DNA of 64,000 nucleotides from Candidatus Omnitrophota bacterium (GTDB taxonomy: Bacteria > Omnitrophota > Omnitrophia > Omnitrophales > Aquincolibacteriaceae): NCBI GenBank assembly GCA_003140935.1, contig PLLJ01000023.1, forward strand, positions 24,824 to 88,823, read 5' to 3'. The notes beneath the pieces were generated by a model. It did no database searches. It worked only from the letters and a program-made list of their open reading frames with translations, and was not told the DNA's origin. The translations under genes were made by a program, and so were the position numbers. Shown here piece by piece: positions 57,147-64,000 of the stretch (its first letter is position 1; each line of letters opens with the position of its first letter).

Positions 57147-58796
57147 ATGCAAGAGCATGTAGGGTTGCTGTCAACGATAAGAGTGCTTTTGGTCGATGAT
57201 GATCCCGATTTCATAAGAATGCTTCGGTTTTCGTTGCAGTCCGAGGATAGCATCACTTTTGAGGCCGAAAGTGTAGGCACTCTCGACGCTGCCTTCAAGG
57301 TTCTTGAAAACCAAACCTTTCAGGTGGTTCTTCTCGATCTTGCTTTGCCGGACAGTCAGGGAATCAGAACCTTCGAGGCATTGGCCAAAGTTCATCCGGA
57401 AGTTGCTTATGTGATCTTGAGCGGTACGGATGACGCAAATCTGGCGCTTGAGGCGGTACAAAAAGGGGCGCAGGATTATGTGGTCAAAGGAGAGATCGGC
57501 GAAAAAATGATCTCGCGGATGATTGTCCACGCCCTGGAACGGCACCGCCAGAAAAGACACATGGAAGAACTGACTGTCCGGCTTGAAAAGCTGTCGATAC
57601 TTGACCCTCTCACGCGGCTATTAAACCGAAGAGGATTGCAACGCATGTTGTCCCGCGAGCTCGGAATTTCGGGTCGTGAGGGGACAAATCTTTCCGTGAT
57701 CGTCCTGGACCTGGATAATTTTAAATCTATCAATGATACGTTCGGTCACGCGGCCGGAGATAACGTACTCCAGGAGGTTGCAAAGATCATGCGGGATGCG
57801 GTTCGTGCGTCGGACTATGTGTCCCGTATCGGGGGGGATGAGTTCATTATCCTTCTTCCGAACACACGGCTTGCGGAGGGCATCCATTTTTCCGAAAGGA
57901 TACGGGAGATGATCAGCCGGGCATCGGTGGCTGTGACCAACGGGCGGACGGTCAGGATCACGGCCAGTCTCGGTGTCACGAGTGTGAATAGGCGAATGAC
58001 GACGGTCGACTCTCTTCTCGAAGAGACGCATGCGGCATTGGCAAAGAGCAAACGATTAGGCAAGAACCGGGTGAGTTCCGGGGATGCCGTCGAACCGACG
58101 GCTCACAATGTTCGTGAAATGCTCCGGTCTGGAAATTGTTTCCGGTCGGTCAAACAACCGATCTGGGATTTGGTGACCGGGAAGGTGGACGGGTACGAAT
58201 TTTTTTCACGTACGAATATTGCCGGTTTCGAAATGCCCGATGAATTTTTTAATTTCAGCAAAGATAGTAATATCCTTTCCCTGGTCGACGAACGGTGTCT
58301 GGAGGTCTCGCTTGCGGCAGCCTCTGAGGCCCCTCTGGGAACCGAAAAGCATGTCAATCTTTTTCCTTCCACGATGGCAGAACTTCAAGCCGGGCAGTTT
58401 ACTGATCTTTTTCCGCGTGTCAGCCTTGGCGGGGCTTTATGCGTGGAGATCAGCGAGCAGCAGATCATGGGGGATCCGGCTCATCTGGCCCCTGTCATCC
58501 GGCGACTCAAGAAACATAAGATCCTTGTGGCGATCAAGGGGGTCGGTTTTGGCCGCAGCAGTCTTGAAAGCTTGATCGTTCTTCAGCCAAACGAGATCAA
58601 GATCGACAAAAAACTCGTGCAGAACATCAGCCGCGATCTGAGGCGCAGAGAAACGCTCCGCAGGCTCCTCGCCGCTTTGGAAAGTTTTCACGTCAAGGTA
58701 ATTGCCGAGGGGATTGAGAATCAGGATGACCTGGACACGCTGAAATCGATGGGCGTCCGTTACGGACAAGGATACTTCTGGGGGCAACCCTCCTGA
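57147..58796 (+). CDS. REC-GGDEF-EAL protein (intact diguanylate cyclase, degenerate EAL)
   Basis: LDLALPDS; DPLT.L.NRR, RASD-x5-GGDEF; EAL replaced by EFF, DDFGTG by KGVGFG. Confidence 0.9.
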   Translation: MQEHVGLLSTIRVLLVDDDPDFIRMLRFSLQSEDSITFEAESVGTLDAAFKVLENQTFQVVLLDLALPDSQGIRTFEALAKVHPEVAYVILSGTDDANLALEAVQKGAQDYVVKGEIGEKMISRMIVHALERHRQKRHMEELTVRLEKLSILDPLTRLLNRRGLQRMLSRELGISGREGTNLSVIVLDLDNFKSINDTFGHAAGDNVLQEVAKIMRDAVRASDYVSRIGGDEFIILLPNTRLAEGIHFSERIREMISRASVAVTNGRTVRITASLGVTSVNRRMTTVDSLLEETHAALAKSKRLGKNRVSSGDAVEPTAHNVREMLRSGNCFRSVKQPIWDLVTGKVDGYEFFSRTNIAGFEMPDEFFNFSKDSNILSLVDERCLEVSLAAASEAPLGTEKHVNLFPSTMAELQAGQFTDLFPRVSLGGALCVEISEQQIMGDPAHLAPVIRRLKKHKILVAIKGVGFGRSSLESLIVLQPNEIKIDKKLVQNISRDLRRRETLRRLLAALESFHVKVIAEGIENQDDLDTLKSMGVRYGQGYFWGQPS

Positions 58797-58947
58797 CGAA
58801 GATGTCCAAGAACTATCGCAAGGTCCGAAAATTCTCAATACCACCACCTGAGGGCGAATATTTTATATTCTTGCCCTTCTATAGGATGTCGATGGTTATC
58901 CGAGAAACTGATTGCTGTGAGGTATTTTTGGACTAAAATAACCGCCT

Positions 58948-59985
58948 ATGAAAAAAGCATTTTTGCTCTTCTTCATACTCCTCCTCGCGGCCGGGCTCAC
59001 GGGGTGTTCTTCGGTCGCACTTGACCGGAAAGCGAAACTCCTGGGGTTTGGCGAGACCAAGATGCTCCCGAAAGCACCCCTTATCTTTGTCCACGGACTC
59101 AACTGTGACGGCTCGTTTTGGTGGAAGAGCAAGATCATGAAAAAACTCGGGGAATTCGGCTTCAGTTATGGAGGAGACCTCAAAGCTGAACAAAAAGACG
59201 GCCAGATCCTCATTCACGCCGACAACATCATTCCCGCGACCATGTACACGGTCAGTTTTTCAGGAAAACAGCTTGCCATTATTCAGCAAGGAAAGGAGCT
59301 TGCCGAGATGATCAAGAAGGTCAAGGAAGTTACCGGCTCTCCCAAGGTTGTCTTGATCGGACACAGTATGGGCGGGCTCGCGGCCCGGGAATACCTTCAG
59401 TCGGATTATTACGGGCATGACGTCCGGGCCTATATCTCTTTTGCGACTCCTCAGCGCGGGAGCGATTACAATCCGGAACATTGGTACCTGAAGATGTTCC
59501 CGTATAAGATGAGTACCAGGCTCTCCGGATTGGACACGAAAAGTGATGCCGTGCGCGATCTCAAAAAAGACAGCATCTATCTGAACGGCGGTCCGGAGTT
59601 CAATACGCCCAACTGGTTCCACAGCAAGGATGTTAACGGGAACGGCCGTACGGACGACGTGATCGTGGGGCTCAACGATTTCAAGCGGCGGCCTTTGCCT
59701 GAGGAAGTGGTCTATATCTCGATCCTGGGTGCCGGCAGTATGCCCCTCCTTTCGACCAAGCGTCAAAACGAGAACTCGGACGGGATCGTGGAGATCACAA
59801 GCCAGGACCTGAATGCGGTCCCCGGCGTGAATGTGACCGCGATGGTGCTGATCTCCCAGCAGCGGCATACCTATCAGAACAAGGATGTCTGGGTCATCCT
59901 TCAACTCCTGCGGTCCGCCAAATACATTCTTGAGATCGAACAGAGGAATGTCGAACGGTGCGCAGCGGGACAAATGAAAGAGTAA
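58948..59985 (+). CDS. Alpha/beta-hydrolase lipoprotein (lipase/esterase-like)
   Basis: Lipobox LTGC, FVHGL, GHSMGG, TP.RGS, SDGIV. Confidence 0.88.
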   Translation: MKKAFLLFFILLLAAGLTGCSSVALDRKAKLLGFGETKMLPKAPLIFVHGLNCDGSFWWKSKIMKKLGEFGFSYGGDLKAEQKDGQILIHADNIIPATMYTVSFSGKQLAIIQQGKELAEMIKKVKEVTGSPKVVLIGHSMGGLAAREYLQSDYYGHDVRAYISFATPQRGSDYNPEHWYLKMFPYKMSTRLSGLDTKSDAVRDLKKDSIYLNGGPEFNTPNWFHSKDVNGNGRTDDVIVGLNDFKRRPLPEEVVYISILGAGSMPLLSTKRQNENSDGIVEITSQDLNAVPGVNVTAMVLISQQRHTYQNKDVWVILQLLRSAKYILEIEQRNVERCAAGQMKE

Positions 59986-59999
59986 CTTCCGGAGTTTTC

Positions 60000-61007
60000 A
60001 TGCGAACCATTTTTTCTTTTCTTCTCCGTTGGATCATCCTTCCGCTTATTTTGATCGGTCTTCACCTTTGGAGCTTCGGCGCCCTCTATTATTCTCCCAT
60101 TCATCCTGAGTCTGTCAGGATCGCGATTGCGTACGGTTTTCTTGCCGGTGTTCCGCTTGCCGTCCTGATCCGTTGGTCCCAAAAATGGGCGGTGATCTTG
60201 CCACTCGCCGGTTTTTTATGCGTCCTGGCCTATGAATGGCAGATCCAGCCGAAAACAAATGCCCATTATCCTCCGTCAGTGGAAAAGACCACCTATGCGG
60301 AATTTAACGGCGACCGCGTCACGCTTCATAATGTCCGGAATGCCGACTACCGGACGGTCGATGATTTTGATGTTCGCTGGGAGACGCGGGAATATGATCT
60401 AAAAAATCTCCGGACACTGGATGTATTCGTGAATTACTGGGGCATGGACGCGATCGCGCATGTGTTTGTGAGCTTCGGTTTTACGGACGGGCGTTACCTC
60501 GCGGTCTCCGTCGAATACCGGCCCGAAGTGGGTGAGACCTATGGTGCGTTCAAAGGCCTCTTCAAACAATATGAGATCATTTATGTTTGGGCGGATGAGC
60601 GGGACATCGCACGTCTCCGCACCAATTACAGGAAAGAAGACGTTTATCTTTACCGGACGACGCTTACGCCGGACCAGGTCAGGAGGCTCTTTGTAAATAT
60701 GCTTGAACGGACGAACTCGCTTCATGCCAAGCCGAAATTTTATAATACAGTGACGGAAAGTTGTACGAACACGATCGGCGACCACATTATCAAGGCTCAT
60801 GTCTTTAATATTCCTTTTTGGCAACGACGGATCCTGACCGGGGCCACGGATCGCCGTCTTTATGAACGCGGTCTTCTCGAGACTTTTGGGGAACCGTTCC
60901 CGGAACTGCGCGCCCAAAGCAAGATCAACGCCAAGGCCCAGGCGGCTGATCAGGATCCTGATTTTTCGAAAAAGATCAGAACCTTATTTATTAAGAAGAT
61001 ATTATGA
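60000..61007 (+). CDS. DUF4105 domain membrane protein
   Basis: TM N-terminus; VRN.DYR, IAH.F.SFGF, ERD...LRTNYR.E.VYLY, FYNT...CT. Confidence 0.85.
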   Translation: MRTIFSFLLRWIILPLILIGLHLWSFGALYYSPIHPESVRIAIAYGFLAGVPLAVLIRWSQKWAVILPLAGFLCVLAYEWQIQPKTNAHYPPSVEKTTYAEFNGDRVTLHNVRNADYRTVDDFDVRWETREYDLKNLRTLDVFVNYWGMDAIAHVFVSFGFTDGRYLAVSVEYRPEVGETYGAFKGLFKQYEIIYVWADERDIARLRTNYRKEDVYLYRTTLTPDQVRRLFVNMLERTNSLHAKPKFYNTVTESCTNTIGDHIIKAHVFNIPFWQRRILTGATDRRLYERGLLETFGEPFPELRAQSKINAKAQAADQDPDFSKKIRTLFIKKIL

Positions 61008-61735
61008 GATTAAGCTATTGGTTGCCGCAAATTATTTCGCTGTTGTTTGTGATTTCCTTTCTTCCGGTCTGTATGGCTGCGGATCCCAGGCCGAGCGGGT
61101 TCATGGATCAAAAGAACATGACGATCCGGGGGGATCTTCCGTTCGAGATGGGCTGGATCAAACCCGGCGTCAACTGGCAAAAATACCAAAAGGTCGTGAT
61201 CGAACCCGTAGATACGAAGCATCTCTTGGAGTCGGATGCTTGGCAGGAGTTTGGCCGGACCGGCGAGATCCAGAAGGACATCAAAAAACTCGCGATGTAT
61301 ACGCGCGGCGCCTTTTCGAACGCGTTCATTACAGATCCCAAGAAACGGTTCAAGATCAGTTACAGCATGTCGCCAAGTCCCGATACTCTGAAAGTAGAAA
61401 TGGCACTGACGGAATTGACCCCCAACAAGGTGCTCTTGAAAGCAGCCGGTTATGTGCCGCTTTATGGGCTAGCGGTCAAGGCGGTGAATCAGACCAATCC
61501 CAGTTATGTGTCGATCGAGATCCGTCTGAAAGACGCCAAAACGGGGGAGATCCTCGCGAAGTTCGCGGACAGGCAGAATGAACCTTTCACGCTCGTGAAT
61601 GTCGATCAATTCAACTGGTACGGCTTTGCCGAAAAACGGGTCGATGAATGGTCGGTGAAACTCGTCGAGACCCTGAACCGGAAGCCGGGAACAGTGGTCA
61701 GCAAGTCCTCAAATTTCAACCTGAAACCTTGGTGA
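61004..61735 (+). CDS. DUF3313-like secreted protein
   Basis: Signal peptide, SGF, Y.KV.I.PV, E....D..TGE.LA...D. Confidence 0.7.
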   Translation: MRLSYWLPQIISLLFVISFLPVCMAADPRPSGFMDQKNMTIRGDLPFEMGWIKPGVNWQKYQKVVIEPVDTKHLLESDAWQEFGRTGEIQKDIKKLAMYTRGAFSNAFITDPKKRFKISYSMSPSPDTLKVEMALTELTPNKVLLKAAGYVPLYGLAVKAVNQTNPSYVSIEIRLKDAKTGEILAKFADRQNEPFTLVNVDQFNWYGFAEKRVDEWSVKLVETLNRKPGTVVSKSSNFNLKPW

Positions 61736-61787
61736 CAACCGAAATTTATCACTTAAAATATGGCATGAATTATAAAGAAATAGCCGT

Positions 61788-61898
61788 ATGACGAAACAAG
61801 ATCCTGCTGAATCAAAACGATGGGGCGAGGCGCGTGAGCAGAAGATCCCTTGGAAAAAATGGGGACCGTGTTTAAGCGAACGCCAGCTGTGGACATGA
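61788..61898 (+). pseudogene. N-terminal remnant of an MGH1-like (GH63) glucosidase
   Basis: MTKQDPAESKRWGEAREQKIPWKKWGPCLSERQLWT* resembles the family N-terminal W..WGPYLSERQWGT motif and then stops. Confidence 0.65.
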
Positions 61899-61917
61899 GT
61901 TTAACTGAAAAAGGAGG

Positions 61918-62385
61918 GTGATTGTGAAATCCGAAAAAAGGTTTTTCATTGCCGCAATTTTTCTTATAGGGGCCGTCATGATTTTTCCATGCCTTTTGCC
62001 GAATGCGCAGGCATTCCGCGGCGGAGGGGGAGGCGGCAGGGAAGGCGGAGGCGAGCGCGAAGGTGAATTTTCAGAAGGTGCGCGTGGTAGCGAATTTGCC
62101 GAAGGACCCCGAGGTGGTGAAGTCGCCGAAGGTCCGCGTGGCGGAGTGGCGGCCGAAGGTTTCCGTGGTGGAGAAGCTGCCGTGGGGCCTGAGGGCCGCG
62201 CGATCGCTAAAGGACCTCAGGGGAATGTTGACGCCGGAAGAGTGGGGGAGCGAGTGCATATTCTGCCTGAGACGGCTGAGATGCTTGCGTGGGGTGATCG
62301 GACCTATTACGTTAACGGCGGCGTTTATTACTTGCCGTGCACTGATGACAATACGGCCTACTGCGTGGTACCCGCGCCTCAATAA
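61918..62385 (+). CDS. Secreted Gly-rich repeat protein with DUF6515-like C-terminus
   Basis: Signal peptide; six 9-aa GPRG-type repeats; LP.......YY..GGVYY....Y.VV.AP. Confidence 0.75.
   Translation: MIVKSEKRFFIAAIFLIGAVMIFPCLLPNAQAFRGGGGGGREGGGEREGEFSEGARGSEFAEGPRGGEVAEGPRGGVAAEGFRGGEAAVGPEGRAIAKGPQGNVDAGRVGERVHILPETAEMLAWGDRTYYVNGGVYYLPCTDDNTAYCVVPAPQ
62062..62223 (+). repeat. Six imperfect 27-bp tandem repeats
   Basis: GEFSEGARG SEFAEGPRG GEVAEGPRG GVAAEGFRG GEAAVGPEG RAIAKGPQG. Confidence 0.8.
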
Positions 62386-62481
62386 ATACAAAATAGTCGA
62401 AAGATTCGCAGCCGGGCCGTCATGGAAAATGAAAAAACGCATGACAACCTGTTGATCAGACAAAAAGGAAGGGAGTAGACG

Positions 62482-63858
62482 ATGGCTTCTGTAGTCCATG
62501 ATCTCCATGCGTTCAGGCTTGCTTCACAGAAAAGCGAGATCAAACGTCTTCTTCTGCTCTTTGGAATTATGGGAGTGCTGCTTATTCTGACGATCGCGCG
62601 TCACATGGCCGGCGGGATCGCGATGCAAGGAAAGGCGTTTGTGCTCACGCTCGGGATCCTTTTACTCGTGGCGTGTTATGTGGTGGTTTTTTTATTTGCC
62701 GTTCGCCGCGCGGATCTTGAAAAACGACTTTTGCCGAAATGGGTACGGGTTTTCAGTGTCATCGTGGAAGCTTCGCTGCCGACCCTTGCGCTTCTTATGC
62801 TGGTCAGGCTGGCTTCGATCGAGCCTCTTAAGGCCCTTGTCGCTCCGGCAATCCTTCTCTACGGCGTGTTTGCTGCAGCGAACGTGCTTCGCTTGAGCCC
62901 TAAACTGAGCTGGCTTTTCGGAGGGGTTTCGGCGATGGGTTACGTGAGCGTGACGGTTTACGCCGTGGCCAAAGCAGGGGGCGTGGAATGGGCCATGGTC
63001 TCGTTCCTTGCCAGCTATACGGTTTTTATATTGCTGACGAGTGTTGTGGCGGCTTTTGTCAGCGGAGAATTAAGACGTCATGTGATCGCCGCGATGGAAG
63101 CGGCGGATCTGAAGCGCCGCGCCGAATTGTTGCAGAGTGAACTCAAGATCGCCCGCGAAATCCAGCAAAGCCTTTTTCCAAAACAGGAGTTGAAGATCCC
63201 GGGATTTGAAGTGATCGGGTGGTGCAAACCCGCGACTGAGACCGGCGGCGATTATTATGATTGGTGCCAGCTTCCGTCCAAGGAAGGTTTCGTCATGCTG
63301 GGGGATGCGACGGGTCACGGATTGGGTCCCGCACTTCTCATCGCATCGTGCCGGGCGTATGTGCGGGCGGACCTGCCGCAGAATAAAGACATCGCGGGTT
63401 TTATGAATCGTCTTAATACGCGTGTGGCTCATGATACGGATGGGTCCCGTCTTGTGACCTTTGTCGGAACGCTTCTTGATGAAGAAACGGGGCAAGTGAA
63501 GATCATGTCGGCCGGCCATTGTCCCGCGCTTTTGGTGCATGCAGCGACGGGAACCGTGGAACAGATCAAAGCAAATGGAGTGCCGCTCGGGGTGATGGGA
63601 GGTGTATCCTTTCAGGATCCGGCAGCCATCCAGTTGCAGCATGGCGACCGTCTTCTCGTTTACACGGACGGTATTACCGAGGCAAAAGACGCCGGCGGAA
63701 CCATGTTTGGGATAGATCGTTTGGGCCGGGCGGTGGTGCGTCATTCCAAACTTGAAGGTCAGGCTTTCATTGACGCGTTATACAATGAAGTGATGGCTTT
63801 TTCAAATAACGCGGCGCTCCAGGATGATCTTACCCTCCTGAGTATCCGGCGTTTGTAA
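62482..63858 (+). CDS. Membrane-anchored SpoIIE/RsbU-type PP2C phosphatase
   Basis: TM N-terminus; AREIQ, GGDYYD, GDATGHG, SAGH, YTDGITEA, DDLT. Confidence 0.93.
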   Translation: MASVVHDLHAFRLASQKSEIKRLLLLFGIMGVLLILTIARHMAGGIAMQGKAFVLTLGILLLVACYVVVFLFAVRRADLEKRLLPKWVRVFSVIVEASLPTLALLMLVRLASIEPLKALVAPAILLYGVFAAANVLRLSPKLSWLFGGVSAMGYVSVTVYAVAKAGGVEWAMVSFLASYTVFILLTSVVAAFVSGELRRHVIAAMEAADLKRRAELLQSELKIAREIQQSLFPKQELKIPGFEVIGWCKPATETGGDYYDWCQLPSKEGFVMLGDATGHGLGPALLIASCRAYVRADLPQNKDIAGFMNRLNTRVAHDTDGSRLVTFVGTLLDEETGQVKIMSAGHCPALLVHAATGTVEQIKANGVPLGVMGGVSFQDPAAIQLQHGDRLLVYTDGITEAKDAGGTMFGIDRLGRAVVRHSKLEGQAFIDALYNEVMAFSNNAALQDDLTLLSIRRL

Positions 63859-63964
63859 GACTTTTTTAATTTAATAGTAAGAGAAGATACATCCAGTTCA
63901 TCGACTTGGGATAGCTCTGCTCCAGGCAATGAAACAAAAAAATTTGACTACCAGGAGGATTCTT

Positions 63965-64000
63965 ATGGGCAAGAAAGACAAATGTACAAAAGAAGAGATG
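63965..64000 (+). CDS. Start of an ORF truncated by the window end
   Basis: AGGAGG then ATG GGC AAG AAA..., open to the end. Confidence 0.5.
   Translation, partial: MGKKDKCTKEEM

Overview
Gene-dense bacterial window of moderate GC, almost all on the + strand. No rRNA, tRNA, CRISPR array or transposase was recognised. The gene content is compatible with a PVC/Omnitrophota-like environmental genome, but that is a weak inference. 1-9.7 kb is the end of a surface-polysaccharide locus (sugar transferase, rfbF-rfbG-rfbC, four GT2s, a COG4091-like oxidoreductase, an epimerase). 10.4-13.9 kb is a 1163-aa secreted beta-helix/Ig/FN3 protein. From 14 kb to the end is a signalling and general-stress island: 5 histidine kinases, about 10 receiver proteins, Hsp20, ferritin-like, PfpI, aldehyde and alcohol dehydrogenases, YyaL, Pcm, a desaturase, a folM-folB-folK-folE-phhB pterin operon, PP2C phosphatases and a REC-GGDEF-EAL protein. 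The main discovery is a 23-bp asymmetric motif, G-AAAAAA-GTC-RG-N6-GNGGA. It occurs in 10 intergenic copies, each 31-33 nt upstream of a sigma70-like -10 hexamer, and defines a putative activator-dependent stress regulon. The best candidate regulator is the REC-AraC response regulator at 24268. Its targets would include two CxxC-x9-CCG microproteins (one missing from the ORF track) and three paralogous stand-alone receivers.
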